A stretch of 64,000 nucleotides of DNA from assembly GCA_041665545.1 (NCBI GenBank), contig JBAYIQ010000002.1, positions 2,369-66,368 on the forward strand. Direction: 5' to 3'. The DNA is from Patescibacteria group bacterium. Lineage in GTDB: Bacteria > Patescibacteriota > Patescibacteriia > UBA1558 > GWA2-36-10. Shown here piece after piece: positions 1-10,113 of this stretch (the stretch's first letter is position 1; every line of letters begins with the position of its first letter). The notes under the pieces were generated by a model that saw only the letters and a list, made by a program, of their open reading frames with translations, was not told the DNA's origin and searched no databases. The position numbers were made by a program, and so were the translations under genes.

Positions 1-149
1 AACTGCCGATGATTTATAACGGCGTCTTTGGCTAATTTTTTTCGGGCCAAGTAGCCAGCCACAATAATGGCCGATACCAATATAACCCCATACCAATTGA
101 CATCGATGTTACCGATGTGGAATATTTGCGCCTGAGGACTATATTCTTG
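1..149 (-). CDS. lgt: prolipoprotein diacylglyceryl transferase, N-terminal part (gene continues beyond window start)
   Basis: Reverse-strand translation from ATG at 149-147 gives MWWQEYSPQAQIFHIGNIDVNWYGVILVSAIIVAGYLARKKL..., matching the conserved Lgt N-terminus (HxGPIxIxWYGxxxxxG...). It is not in the ORF track because it is truncated by the window edge. Confidence 0.6.
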
Positions 150-157
150 CCACCACA

Positions 158-940
158 TTATTGTTGATTCTTTAATATAAAGCCAACGACTTCTTCCCAG
201 ACGGCAAATTTTATTTCACCCTCGATAAGAGATCCGTTGACGACATAGCTAGGCGTGCCAACCACCTTGACATTATAACCGCTAGCCACATCCTGCTTGA
301 TTTCTTGCAAATATTTTTCTGAGTCAAGACAATTTTTAAACTGAGTATTGTTGACACCAACTTGTCTGGACAAAGTTACTAAATTTTCCTTGGTAAAACG
401 CTCTGGGTTGGCATCAGTGGCTTGGTTGGCATACAACAAATCTCGGTACTCCCAGTATTTTCCTTGCTCATTGGCGCAATTGGCCGCCAAATGGGCATTC
501 AAGACATTGGGGTGCAGGCCTTCAGTCGGGAAATCTTTGGACACAAAACGCACTACAGAGCCAAACTTAGCTATCAATTGCCTAATGTCTGGCTGATTGT
601 CTTTACAAAATGGACAGCCAAAAGACTCGTAAGCCACCACATAAATCACTGGATCTTCTGCGCCCAGCCAAGGATCATCATCAGTAATTGATTCTAATAT
701 TTTTTCCCTACCATCTTCAAATTGAGCTTTGGTAATCCAAGTACCACTCGCCTCTATATAAGTATCACCATTTTTTAAATGCTGATATTGATTGGCCACT
801 CTCACGACCAAATAAATTGTCGAAGCTAAAGCTAAAAATAAAAAAAATATAATCAGACGCCCCCACCAGCGTTTATACCAACGCCGATAATAACTTTTAC
901 TAACTGCTTGCGACAGTCGCTTTTTTATTTCTTGATCCAT
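158..940 (-). CDS. DsbA-like thiol:disulfide oxidoreductase with N-terminal membrane anchor
   Basis: 260 aa with an N-terminal TM helix, a thioredoxin-fold CPFC active-site motif (FGCPFCKD), and DsbA-family architecture. Confidence 0.75.
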   Translation of the reverse strand: MDQEIKKRLSQAVSKSYYRRWYKRWWGRLIIFFLFLALASTIYLVVRVANQYQHLKNGDTYIEASGTWITKAQFEDGREKILESITDDDPWLGAEDPVIYVVAYESFGCPFCKDNQPDIRQLIAKFGSVVRFVSKDFPTEGLHPNVLNAHLAANCANEQGKYWEYRDLLYANQATDANPERFTKENLVTLSRQVGVNNTQFKNCLDSEKYLQEIKQDVASGYNVKVVGTPSYVVNGSLIEGEIKFAVWEEVVGFILKNQQ

Positions 941-1013
941 ATGTTTTAAGTTGAAAGTATAAAGTTAAAAGTTTCACCCACAGGGCGACCGCCCCCTGGG
1001 CGGTAAAGTAATT

Positions 1014-1149
1014 GTCATTCTGGAGGGACCCTGAGCGACTTGTGGTGAGCGTAGCCGAACCAAGTCGAAGGGGACCGATAGAATCCACGGCATTAAAATT
1101 GGTAGATTCTATCGCTACCCGAGCTAAGCTCGGTTCGCCCCAGAATGAC
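1014..1149. repeat. ~135-nt nested palindromic repeat, copy 1 (outer stem GTCATTCTGG/CCAGAATGAC, inner stem CGATAGAATC/GATTCTATCG, GAGCTAAGCTC mini-palindrome)
   Basis: Inverted repeats read directly from the sequence. It shares both stem sequences with the copies at 24733-24870 and 60606-60767. Intergenic between dsbA-like and gatA. Confidence 0.65.
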
Positions 1150-1165
1150 AGCAAATATAATCTTT

Positions 1166-2617
1166 CTATGTTGTTTTTGCATTAATAATTTTTTCAATGT
1201 ATGATCCGACTTGAAAAAGTTTTTCCTCTTGCCAATAATTAGCCAACAGTTGCAAACCAATGGGCAAATTATTTTTGTCACGCCCGATTGGCAAGGATAG
1301 TCCTGGAATGCCAGCAATATTGGCACCGACTGTAAAAGCATCAGAAAGATACATGGACAAAGGATCGCTGGTTTTTTCACCCAAACGAAAAGCAGTTGTT
1401 GGAGTCGTTGGCGTCAATATAACATCAACTTGAGCAAAAGCTTGACTAAAATCCTCTTTCACTAGGGTGCGTACTTTTTGCGCTTGCTTGTAATAAGCAT
1501 CATAATAGCCGGCCGACAATATATAAGTACCCAACATAATACGGCGTTTAGTTTCTTCACCAAAACCCACTGATCGCACAGATTTGTACCAATCATCTAG
1601 AGATAATTTTTTTTCTTTCCTCAAACCATAGAGCAAGCCGTCAAACTTGGCTAAATTAGAACTCACCTCAGCTGGCATTATCAAATAATAAGCGGCCAAA
1701 GCATAATCCATGTTTGGCAAACTGACCACACTAACTTTCCAACCATCTTTTTTTAATTTAGCAACCACATCATTAATAGCTGTTGTAATTTCGGGTTGTA
1801 TTTTTTGATTGGCATATTCTTTGACCACGCCTAAACGCAAATTTTTTTCTTTTTTTTCACAAGCGCGTGGAAAATCTGGCACCGATCTATCAGCGCTAGT
1901 GCTATCATATTCATCAAAACCAGCCATAGCTTGCAACAAATAAGCGCTATCTTTGACTGTATTGGTCAGTGGACCAACCTGATCCAAGGACGAGGCCATG
2001 GCAATCAAACCATAACGCGATACACGGCCGTAAGTTGGTTTCACGCCCACTACTCCACAAAAAGCCGCTGGCTGTCTAATAGAACCACCAGTATCCGTGC
2101 CCAAAGCCACTGGCGCCAGATTGGCGGCTACAGCAGCGGCTGAGCCACCAGAAGAGCCACCCGGCACGCGAGTAAAGTCACTCGGATTCTTGACCGGGCC
2201 AAAACCAGAATTTTCATTGGACGAGCCCATGGCAAATTCATCACAATTTGTCTTGCCCAAAATAATCACTCCAGCTTTTTTCAAACGCTCCACCGCGGTC
2301 GATGAATATGGCGCAATATAATTTTCCAGCATCTTTGACCCAGCTGTAGCTCTTAAGCCCTCCACCACAATAGTATCTTTGATGGCTATGGGCAGACCCA
2401 AAAGTTTGTTAGGTTTCTTTTTGGCTAAAATAGCATCCACTTTCTTGGCTTCGGCTAGAGCATTTTCATTAATACTAATAAAAGAATTAGTTTTATCTTT
2501 TTTTATATTACTCAAAAAAGCCAAGGTCAATTCCTGAGCGGAAAATTCCTTTTTCTGATAGCCCTTATTTATTTTTTCAATGTCAAATTTTTTTATATCC
2601 ATGCCTTTATTTATCAA
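1166..2617 (-). CDS. gatA: Glu/Asp-tRNA(Gln/Asn) amidotransferase subunit A
   Basis: 483 aa with the amidase signature (GGSSGGSAAAVAA), characteristic GatA length, and gatC immediately upstream and overlapping. Confidence 0.9.
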   Translation of the reverse strand: MINKGMDIKKFDIEKINKGYQKKEFSAQELTLAFLSNIKKDKTNSFISINENALAEAKKVDAILAKKKPNKLLGLPIAIKDTIVVEGLRATAGSKMLENYIAPYSSTAVERLKKAGVIILGKTNCDEFAMGSSNENSGFGPVKNPSDFTRVPGGSSGGSAAAVAANLAPVALGTDTGGSIRQPAAFCGVVGVKPTYGRVSRYGLIAMASSLDQVGPLTNTVKDSAYLLQAMAGFDEYDSTSADRSVPDFPRACEKKEKNLRLGVVKEYANQKIQPEITTAINDVVAKLKKDGWKVSVVSLPNMDYALAAYYLIMPAEVSSNLAKFDGLLYGLRKEKKLSLDDWYKSVRSVGFGEETKRRIMLGTYILSAGYYDAYYKQAQKVRTLVKEDFSQAFAQVDVILTPTTPTTAFRLGEKTSDPLSMYLSDAFTVGANIAGIPGLSLPIGRDKNNLPIGLQLLANYWQEEKLFQVGSYIEKIINAKTT

Positions 2618-2909
2618 ATACTTTTGGTACTACTAACAAATCACCGCTTTTTTTACCCTGATTTAAGTGCTGACCTTTAAAAATTTTTACTTTATCCTCC
2701 CGCCAAACTGATTTTTCCGTACTTACTCCAGTCAAACTTTCGGCAACATTTTCCAGTTTAAGCTTATTTATTTTATCAACATAGGCCATGATCTTACCTA
2801 GCTGTTTGGGGAAACTCAAAAACTCTTTAGCTGATAAATTTAATTTAGCTAGATCCGCAATTTTTTGAATTGTTTTTTTGTCTAAAGCCATAATTATTTT
2901 TTCTTCCAA
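2607..2909 (-). CDS. gatC: Glu/Asp-tRNA amidotransferase subunit C
   Basis: 100 aa, MALDKKTIQKIADLAKLNLS... is typical of GatC, and it is translationally coupled to gatA. Confidence 0.8.
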   Translation of the reverse strand: MEEKIIMALDKKTIQKIADLAKLNLSAKEFLSFPKQLGKIMAYVDKINKLKLENVAESLTGVSTEKSVWREDKVKIFKGQHLNQGKKSGDLLVVPKVFDK

Positions 2910-3481
2910 CTATCAATGTCTAATACCCAAAAAGTGAAAGCCACCAAAACTAGGGTTTCCAAACCAAACAACAAAACATTGAATAGCCACCAATTAATAA
3001 TATACCAGTCGTGCCTAGCACTTACTAGTGGTAATAGTATTATACCAGATAATAAAACACTACCATAATAATCAACTGGCGCAAAAGCCAGCCATCTTTT
3101 GTGCCACCAAATATGCTCTTTTTTGAACTTTTTCAAAGGATAGTGGGGATTCAAAACAAACCACAAAAAATCCCACAACACTACAAAAATAAGAAAAAAA
3201 GATAAAGTCTTAAGCCAATGTTCCCAGGATATGTCTAGACCAAATACATAGGGCAAATGAAAAATCAAAAATACAAAAGTGAACATAGTAATATGATAGC
3301 CAGTTGCCTCTCGCCCACTCATAAAATTTACATACAATTTGATATACCACTTATTGGAGTCTGGACGCCAAGTTGGCAAATTTTTGGCCCAGCCATTGGG
3401 ACCCTCAATCTGAATTTCCAAAATTGCTAAAACTGTAGCAAGAATAAAAATATAAATGTTGGTCAAAATTATTTCTGACAT
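2894..3481 (-). CDS. hypothetical polytopic membrane protein
   Basis: 195 aa with several hydrophobic segments and no recognisable catalytic motif. It overlaps the gatC start by 16 nt. Confidence 0.45.
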   Translation of the reverse strand: MSEIILTNIYIFILATVLAILEIQIEGPNGWAKNLPTWRPDSNKWYIKLYVNFMSGREATGYHITMFTFVFLIFHLPYVFGLDISWEHWLKTLSFFLIFVVLWDFLWFVLNPHYPLKKFKKEHIWWHKRWLAFAPVDYYGSVLLSGIILLPLVSARHDWYIINWWLFNVLLFGLETLVLVAFTFWVLDIDSWKKK

Positions 3482-3485
3482 AATT

Positions 3486-5489
3486 TTATTTATTTTTAAT
3501 TAATTCTATAAACTCCTGTTCATTAATTATTTTAATACTTTTAAATTCTTTAGCTTTTTTTAGCTTGGAGCCCGCCTCAGATCCGGCCACCAGATAATCA
3601 AGATTCTGACTAACACTAGACAAAATCTTGCCACCATTTTGGCGCACTAGAGCTTCGGCCTCGTCTCTAGCCATAGATATTGTACCAGTAAATAAAAATG
3701 TTTGCCCAGCTAGCTGGCCCTTGATTTTATCAATATTTTTTATACTAACACCCAATGACCACAAATGTTGCAATAATTTTTTGTTTTGTTCGTCAGCAAA
3801 CCACTCTACTAATGACTTGGCCATTTCTGGCCCAATATCCGGCAAATCTTCCAGCTCTTCTTGCTTGGCTTGGCTTAATTTATCAATACTATTAAAATGC
3901 TGAGCCAAAGAAATGGCTGTTTCTTCTCCGACATGCCTAATACCCAAAGCATAAATAAAGTTGGCTAGTGGCACTTTTTTACTTTTGGCAATTGACTGTA
4001 ATAAATTATTTATTTTCTTGTCGGCAAAACCCGGTAAACCGCGCAAATCGCCATCACAAAGCTCAAAAATATCAGCGCCAGTCAGCAACAAATTGCGTTC
4101 CGCCAAAAGCTTAACAATACTATTACCCAAGCCCTCAATATTGAATCCCTTTTTGGAAACAAAATGTATCAAGCCCTCTACATTTTTGGCAAAACATTTT
4201 TTGTTAGTACAATAAAAGGCCACCTCGCCTTCTTTTTTGTAAACCGCGCTATGACAGACTGGACATTTTTTTGGAAAAATAAATTTTTTTTCGCGACCAG
4301 TACGCAATTTTGGCAAAACCTGCACAATTTCCGGAATAACATCACCGGCTTTTTGCAAAATAACTGTGTCACCAATACGCACATCTTTGCGCTCAATCTC
4401 ATCTTGGTTGTGCAAAGTAGCGCGAGACACAATCGAGCCAGCCACGGCCACCGGCTGCAAAATAGCCACTGGCGTCAGCGCGCCCGTACGACCAACTTGC
4501 ACTTCAATATCAAGCACGCTAGTTGTCACCTGTTCAGCCGGAAACTTGTAAGCCAGCATCCAGCGTTCGGCTTTGCCGATATGACCCAATTTTTTTTCTT
4601 GAGTAAGTTGGTTGACTACAATCACACTGCCGTCAGTCATAAAATCAAGCTTTTTTCTCTTTTCCTGCCATTTGGCCAAATACTGACCCACGGCCTCTAT
4701 ATCCTGACAAAATTCATTATAGGGACTGGTTTTGAAACCCAATTTTTTTAATATGTCATGCGACTCTTGATGAGTTTTTTGCCCCAAGTCACTAATCAGC
4801 TCAAAAGCAAAACATTGTAATTGTCGGCTAGCCATTATTTTGGGGTCTAGCTGACGGATAGAGCCAGCCGCAATATTGCGCGGATTGGCATAGGGAGCTA
4901 ATCCTTTTTTTTCTTGCTCTTTGTTTATTTTATCAAAAATATTTTTGGTCATGACTGCCTCACCACGCACTTCAATAATATTTAGCAACTTGACCCCGGG
5001 CAAGTCATTCAGCACAAGCGGAATACTTTCAATAGTGCGTAAATTATTTGTCACATCTTCGCCAATTGTGCCATCACCACGAGTCGCTCCTTGTGCAAAA
5101 ATATTTTTCTGATAAGTAAGCACCACCGTCAGACCATCAAGCTTTAACTCACAATAATAACCTTTTATTTTTTCTTTTAATATTTTTTCATTCCTCTCTT
5201 CCCAATCTTTAATATCTTGAGCATCAAAAGCATCTACTAATGACAAAATCTTGGTAGAATGTTGAACTTTTTTAAATTTATCAAGGGCTATTCCGCCGAT
5301 TCGCTGACTAGGAGAATCAGCCCGCAACAAATCCGGCCACTCTTGTTCCAATTTGGCTAACTCATTTTTCAGCGAATCCAAAGCCGCGTCAGATATCTCC
5401 TGACGGTCCAAAACATGGTATAGATAGCGATGATGATTTATCTCTGTGATCAGTTTATCTATTCTTTCCTGAATTTGAGCTTTGGTCAT
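3486..5489 (-). CDS. ligA: NAD-dependent DNA ligase
   Basis: 667 aa with the adenylation motif KLDG (CELKLDGLTV), a Zn-finger Cys cluster (CPVCHS...C), a C-terminal BRCT-like region, and LigA-type length. Confidence 0.92.
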   Translation of the reverse strand: MTKAQIQERIDKLITEINHHRYLYHVLDRQEISDAALDSLKNELAKLEQEWPDLLRADSPSQRIGGIALDKFKKVQHSTKILSLVDAFDAQDIKDWEERNEKILKEKIKGYYCELKLDGLTVVLTYQKNIFAQGATRGDGTIGEDVTNNLRTIESIPLVLNDLPGVKLLNIIEVRGEAVMTKNIFDKINKEQEKKGLAPYANPRNIAAGSIRQLDPKIMASRQLQCFAFELISDLGQKTHQESHDILKKLGFKTSPYNEFCQDIEAVGQYLAKWQEKRKKLDFMTDGSVIVVNQLTQEKKLGHIGKAERWMLAYKFPAEQVTTSVLDIEVQVGRTGALTPVAILQPVAVAGSIVSRATLHNQDEIERKDVRIGDTVILQKAGDVIPEIVQVLPKLRTGREKKFIFPKKCPVCHSAVYKKEGEVAFYCTNKKCFAKNVEGLIHFVSKKGFNIEGLGNSIVKLLAERNLLLTGADIFELCDGDLRGLPGFADKKINNLLQSIAKSKKVPLANFIYALGIRHVGEETAISLAQHFNSIDKLSQAKQEELEDLPDIGPEMAKSLVEWFADEQNKKLLQHLWSLGVSIKNIDKIKGQLAGQTFLFTGTISMARDEAEALVRQNGGKILSSVSQNLDYLVAGSEAGSKLKKAKEFKSIKIINEQEFIELIKNK

Positions 5490-5493
5490 AAGA

Positions 5494-6339
5494 TTACAAG
5501 TCCTTGATAAGCTCTTCTTCTGAAAATATTACATAGCTAAAAATATCCGAAGTGGGCTTGAGAGCAGACATTTTGGCTTGCAAAAGATATTCCGAATTTT
5601 TATATTTTCCTTTTACCTGAGTGAGTGTTTCTGAAAAAATGCTTTCAGTTTGCAAAGAAAAATTTAAGTTACTAACCTCGCCATCAAGTGGCCTAAAAAC
5701 AAACTTATAATATTTATTTGGAGAAAGATTAGTTAAATTTAAATAACTACAATAATCTATAAACGAATCACTACGACAGTCACAAACACTTATGGTTTTT
5801 TGGACATCGGGAGCTGTAAAATTATTAGCAAAAGAATATATTGTTGTTTCTATTCTGTCTGAGGCATGCTCGGGAAAGCAATTATCAATCCTCCACTTAA
5901 GAAAGCTTTCGACTGGGCCAGTGACATACCAGGGCCAAGAAATACCCGTAATACTACCACGAGGATCAACAATGTTAACATGAGCTGGATTGGTATTACT
6001 AACATTAGTAGCCGAAAACTCAGCTGCCCGCAATGAGGTGGTAGCATAAGTATAACTAGCGCCACTACCCAAATCATAAGAATTATTAGTTACGCTCAAA
6101 CCTTCATAAATATCAATATTATTACTCAACTGATCGGTAGTCAAATAATACAGGGCTCTTTCAATGCCGCTTTCAGCTGCATAATAAGAGTTGACCACAT
6201 TGGCCGTATTCAAAGAAACACGTACTTCACCAACAATAATACTATTAATAAAAAGACCGGTCAGCATAGCCACAGACAAAATCATCAAGGTCATGATCAG
6301 TGCAAATCCTTTATTTTTTTTTCTTAGTACCTTAAACAT
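5494..6339 (-). CDS. PilX-like type IV pilus minor pilin / assembly protein
   Basis: 281 aa; the N-terminus MFKVLRKKNKGFALIMTLMILSV...NTANVVNSYYAAESGIERALYY resembles the PilX N-terminal domain, and it is the last gene of the minor-pilin block. Confidence 0.5.
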   Translation of the reverse strand: MFKVLRKKNKGFALIMTLMILSVAMLTGLFINSIIVGEVRVSLNTANVVNSYYAAESGIERALYYLTTDQLSNNIDIYEGLSVTNNSYDLGSGASYTYATTSLRAAEFSATNVSNTNPAHVNIVDPRGSITGISWPWYVTGPVESFLKWRIDNCFPEHASDRIETTIYSFANNFTAPDVQKTISVCDCRSDSFIDYCSYLNLTNLSPNKYYKFVFRPLDGEVSNLNFSLQTESIFSETLTQVKGKYKNSEYLLQAKMSALKPTSDIFSYVIFSEEELIKDL

Positions 6340-6341
6340 AT

Positions 6342-7103
6342 TTATCTTTTGTACACCCGCGAAGAAACCGTAGTTTGTAAGTGGTGACTGGCCTGTTCAA
6401 TTGGCTGAGTGCTAAAATATTTTACCACTAAATTAACCGTCACTTTTGGTTGCTGATTGTTCAAGCCAGTGTCGTCAAAATAGGGATTAGTGGTTGGTGT
6501 CAAATTAAAATCCAAACTAGTTATCTGAACTTTATTATAACTTTGAGACAATAATACGACTGGTGCCTGGCCAGTAGCGATACTACAATTTGAGTAAACA
6601 TTATCAAGATAGAAGCAATCCAATTGAACATAATCAATCTCTATTTCAGTATTATCACTGACGCCATCATATGTGCCATCGTAGAAAAAACCCGCTGTTT
6701 CACCATTTTCTCTAACAAACATCAAGCATTTGGTGTATCTAGCATCAACCGACGAGCAAGCCGAAGTGTCAAAACTAATAATTTCATTATTCTTGATTTC
6801 TCTGCTGATTATTTCCAAAACGTACTGAGCGTTGTTTAATAATACTTGCGAACTCTGAGTTCTTTTTTGGTTGTTGGCAAAAGTACTAAACATCGAAGAA
6901 GCTATGGTGGCAATCACAGAAAAAATTGACACAGCAATCAGCATCTCCACCAAAGAAAACCCAGTACGAGAAACCGTAACATTATTCTTTAAAATCAATA
7001 ATTTTTTAATAATCTTAACCACTCTGGGTGACCAACTTAAACTTATTGGTTTCTCTGACTGGGCAAGCCCATTTTTATTATTAACTTTAATCATTGTCGC
7101 CAA
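6342..7103 (-). CDS. type IV minor pilin (prepilin-type N-terminal domain)
   Basis: Class III signal ...SRTG|FSLVEMLIAVSIFSVIA. The true start may be an internal TTG giving a ~13-aa leader. PilW-like position. Confidence 0.65.
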   Translation of the reverse strand: MATMIKVNNKNGLAQSEKPISLSWSPRVVKIIKKLLILKNNVTVSRTGFSLVEMLIAVSIFSVIATIASSMFSTFANNQKRTQSSQVLLNNAQYVLEIISREIKNNEIISFDTSACSSVDARYTKCLMFVRENGETAGFFYDGTYDGVSDNTEIEIDYVQLDCFYLDNVYSNCSIATGQAPVVLLSQSYNKVQITSLDFNLTPTTNPYFDDTGLNNQQPKVTVNLVVKYFSTQPIEQASHHLQTTVSSRVYKR

Positions 7104-7723
7104 TTATAAATATTTTCTACCACATCAATATGGCTGGTCTTGCTACCATAAGTATATTGGACTCGAGAAGTGACCTGTAAGCCAATTTTTTCTAAACCAA
7201 CACAAAACAGGTCGCTGGATACAGTTTCTATAGGAGCCACTGCGCTTGGAGCTGTGTTGAGGCAAATCGCTTTCAAATTTATCACTCGGCGAAAAACAGT
7301 CTCTTGGCTACTCGCACTATCACTAGTATAAAAACCATTTTTAACATACAGCTTAGACAAAGGATTATTTATAGCATCATCAAAATTACTCTCAACTATT
7401 TGGACTGTATTATTTCCGGTAGAACTGGCATAAGAATAATTAAAATTCAAACCACTATCCCAGTCATACAAATCTATGTCTAGATCGCTTGTATCAATAT
7501 CAATATTGGCCTCACGCGCTAGCCAATTACTGTCGCGAATATTACGCATAATCTCAATACCCTCTCTGGCTAAATCCGCGGCTACCACCCTATTATAATT
7601 TTCTTTAACTGTATTTAAATTATTCAAGGACAAAGAAAAAGCCGCTAAAATGCCAATAAAAAACACCGCAATAGCGATCAATAACTCGACCAAAGTAAAC
7701 CCGGTTAGAGAATCACGACCCAT
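7091..7723 (-). CDS. type IV minor pilin (prepilin-type N-terminal domain)
   Basis: Start refined to the ATG at 7723: MGRDSLTG|FTLVELLIAIAVFFIGILAAF, a canonical prepilin cleavage/methylation motif. PilV-like position. Confidence 0.7.
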   Translation of the reverse strand: MGRDSLTGFTLVELLIAIAVFFIGILAAFSLSLNNLNTVKENYNRVVAADLAREGIEIMRNIRDSNWLAREANIDIDTSDLDIDLYDWDSGLNFNYSYASSTGNNTVQIVESNFDDAINNPLSKLYVKNGFYTSDSASSQETVFRRVINLKAICLNTAPSAVAPIETVSSDLFCVGLEKIGLQVTSRVQYTYGSKTSHIDVVENIYNWRQ

Positions 7724-7914
7724 AAAAATTTTTATACTAGAAAATTTATTTGTAATTTTATTTACTTGCTTACACAAATTAAAATTAATAAAATTCTCTA
7801 ACTGGGTAAAGCCCGTCATGGAGTCGCTAAATTTAAAAATATTTATTCCTGCTAATTTTTTACCCACCATTATTATTACTTTAATATAAAGCCGTAAAAA
7901 TTAATTATTTTTTC

Positions 7915-8856
7915 TTAAATACACGGTAGTGGATCAATATCTCCCAACCATTGACAATCCAGACAGTACCCGTGTACGTGGCTAGGGCAACAATTTGGCG
8001 GATCAACAAGACCACCGCAATCACCGTGTGAATTTATATCAAGACATGAATAAAGCCAACCGATATTAGGACATTCCAGATAATTATCTCTGTCCAGACC
8101 ATCAACTATTTCACATGTTTCAGACTGCATGATATAGCTATCACCGCAAGTGTTAATAATACAGTCTGGCCGGCAACTAGGATCAGACACGCCGTTTACA
8201 GTTGGTTCACAAGCTTCCCCAAGCTCTATAACGTCATTGCCACAAACTGGCCGGTTGGTGTCATAGGTAGTAGACAAATTGCTCCAAGTAAAATCATCGC
8301 TAGTTTTCTGACCGATAGTTATGGTTGATTTATAATAAATAGGCAGTGACTCTTCAAGAAATCCGTAATATATATCTATTTGATATTCACCTGTAGCGCT
8401 AGCATAAAAACCGGCTGGCTCAAAAATATTCTCAGTTTTAAAAACAAATCGTTTTTCACCTGTTGCACCCGTTGCATTAATCGCCGCTTCATAGCCATTA
8501 TAATAATTCGGATCAACCAAGCGAAAAGCCACATTGGCTAAGGTGACTGTTTTTAAAACATTAGAAGTACTACCAGCATATAATTTATAATAGCTTTTAT
8601 CGCCCGCCGTGCCATCACCATTGTGGAAAAAAATGCCATAGCCATTGCTTGGGAAGCTGCCGTTGTAGGTGGCCCTGGTAGCGGCCATGCTTCGCACATA
8701 GCGAATATCAGCCGCCAATCTAGTGGTATCCATCCTTAGTAAGGCAATAGTATCTGGTCTCATGTTGACCACAAAAAAAACAGACATTATGCCAATAATT
8801 ACTATCACAGCCATAACCTCAATCAAAGTAAACGCTGAACTATTATTCCAACGCAT
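7915..8856 (-). CDS. type IV minor pilin with Cys-rich C-terminal domain
   Basis: Start refined to the ATG at 8856: MRWNNSS|AFTLIEVMAVIVIIGIM. The C-terminal 90 aa carry more than 12 Cys. FimT/GspH-like position after pilD. Confidence 0.65.
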   Translation of the reverse strand: MRWNNSSAFTLIEVMAVIVIIGIMSVFFVVNMRPDTIALLRMDTTRLAADIRYVRSMAATRATYNGSFPSNGYGIFFHNGDGTAGDKSYYKLYAGSTSNVLKTVTLANVAFRLVDPNYYNGYEAAINATGATGEKRFVFKTENIFEPAGFYASATGEYQIDIYYGFLEESLPIYYKSTITIGQKTSDDFTWSNLSTTYDTNRPVCGNDVIELGEACEPTVNGVSDPSCRPDCIINTCGDSYIMQSETCEIVDGLDRDNYLECPNIGWLYSCLDINSHGDCGGLVDPPNCCPSHVHGYCLDCQWLGDIDPLPCI

Positions 8857-8860
8857 ATTA

Positions 8861-9640
8861 TTAAAACAATAATAAATTAAAATACCATTTGATAATTTCA
8901 CTGCCATATAGCAAACTAGCAAACGTCGCCACAGTCAAAAAAGTACCAAAAGGCACCCTGTCACTCCACTGTTTTCTTTTGCTCAAAATCAGAAAAATAC
9001 TAATAATACTGCCCAAGGTATAGGCCAAGATCAAAGCCAATAGCACCTGTGGCCAGCCAAGTAGCGCGCCCATCAAAAGCCCAATGCGTATATCTCCCCC
9101 GCCAATCCAACGGCCTTTGGACACCACAAACTGCATTAAGAAAAATCCTGCTCCCACTAGGCAAGCCAGTAAAACTTTAAAAATATTGCCACCCAAAATA
9201 ATATTGAACACAAAGGCAATAACGGCCGCCGGTAAAACTACGGCATCAGCCACCAGATAATATTTCCAATCAAAAACAAAAATTATAATCAAAAAAGCCG
9301 TGGCTACCCACCAGTTGAGCAGTGCCAAGTACTGCCAATAAGTGGCCTGATAAATATCAGGGGGCATGACGCTGGTATACACCAAAACCAAGCTCAGGGC
9401 TGTAAATAACTCCACCAAAGGATATTGGATGGAAAATTTGTGCTTACAATGCCGACACTTGCCTCTTAGATAAAAATAGCTAAAAAAAGGCACCAAATCT
9501 CTGACCATGAGCTGATGCTGACAAAAAAGGCACTTGGATCTTCCCTTAACAAAGGTCTCTTGGCGATGCAAACGAAAAACTACCACATTCAAGAAACTCC
9601 CTAAAAATAGACCAAAAATAAAAATTAAAGCTATTAACAT
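8861..9640 (-). CDS. pilD: prepilin peptidase (A24 family)
   Basis: 259 aa; the N-terminal Cys pairs C-x-x-C...C-x-x-C (CLFCQHQ...CRHCKH) and a polytopic membrane body are typical of PilD/GspO. Confidence 0.85.
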   Translation of the reverse strand: MLIALIFIFGLFLGSFLNVVVFRLHRQETFVKGRSKCLFCQHQLMVRDLVPFFSYFYLRGKCRHCKHKFSIQYPLVELFTALSLVLVYTSVMPPDIYQATYWQYLALLNWWVATAFLIIIFVFDWKYYLVADAVVLPAAVIAFVFNIILGGNIFKVLLACLVGAGFFLMQFVVSKGRWIGGGDIRIGLLMGALLGWPQVLLALILAYTLGSIISIFLILSKRKQWSDRVPFGTFLTVATFASLLYGSEIIKWYFNLLLF

Positions 9641-9688
9641 AATAGCTTTATTATAACATATTTAAGGGCTTGTGGGCTAATGACCTAC

Positions 9689-9794
9689 TTTTGTTCGAGC
9701 AAGGTTACGCAAAGCGGAACCGCATCGAGAACTCTAGTGCAGTCGAAAATTGCATTTCATGGATTTCTCGACTCGCTCCGCTCGCTCGAAGAAA
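9689..9794. repeat. GIY-YIG-associated nested hairpin repeat (TTCGAGC...TCGAGAA...TTCTCGA...GCTCGAA), 3' flank of the GIY-YIG gene
   Basis: Nested inverted repeats are visible; it is near-identical to the solo copy at 24887-24993. Confidence 0.65.
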
Positions 9795-10070
9795 TTACAT
9801 AATTTTACCCCACTGTCCATTAATGAGTTTTTCTTTTTTGATCCTGCTCCAATCTTTTATTTCTTTTTCTCTATATCTCGCACAATCAAAATCATCATAT
9901 TCCTCAACATAGATCAATTTTTTAATCCCATGCTTAGCTGTAAATTTAGAACCTAAACCACTTAAATGTTGATCAAGCCTTTTACTGACATCATTAGTTA
10001 AACCAACGTAATAAAGATCATCCTTGCAGAGGATAATATAAACAAACCATGATTTTTCTTTTTTAGACAT
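9795..10070 (-). CDS. small GIY-YIG nuclease family protein (UPF0213/YhbQ-like)
   Basis: 91 aa; WFVYIILCKDDLYYVGLTNDVSKRLDQH is a GIY-YIG motif. A second, interrupted copy lies at 28537-28815. Confidence 0.75.
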   Translation of the reverse strand: MSKKEKSWFVYIILCKDDLYYVGLTNDVSKRLDQHLSGLGSKFTAKHGIKKLIYVEEYDDFDCARYREKEIKDWSRIKKEKLINGQWGKIM

Positions 10071-10113
10071 CGCTTTTCTTAATAACGATTAGTATGTTTA
10101 TTTGGGTTCTGCT

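Noticed and set aside
3628-5112. Plus-strand ORFs inside ligA (for example 4164-4751) and similar antisense or shadow ORFs inside pilB (15363-15893), clpC (26527-26925), the 968-aa gene and the 2757-aa gene
   Set aside because: They are antisense to strongly supported long CDSs, have no motifs, and are typical shadow ORFs in AT-rich DNA.
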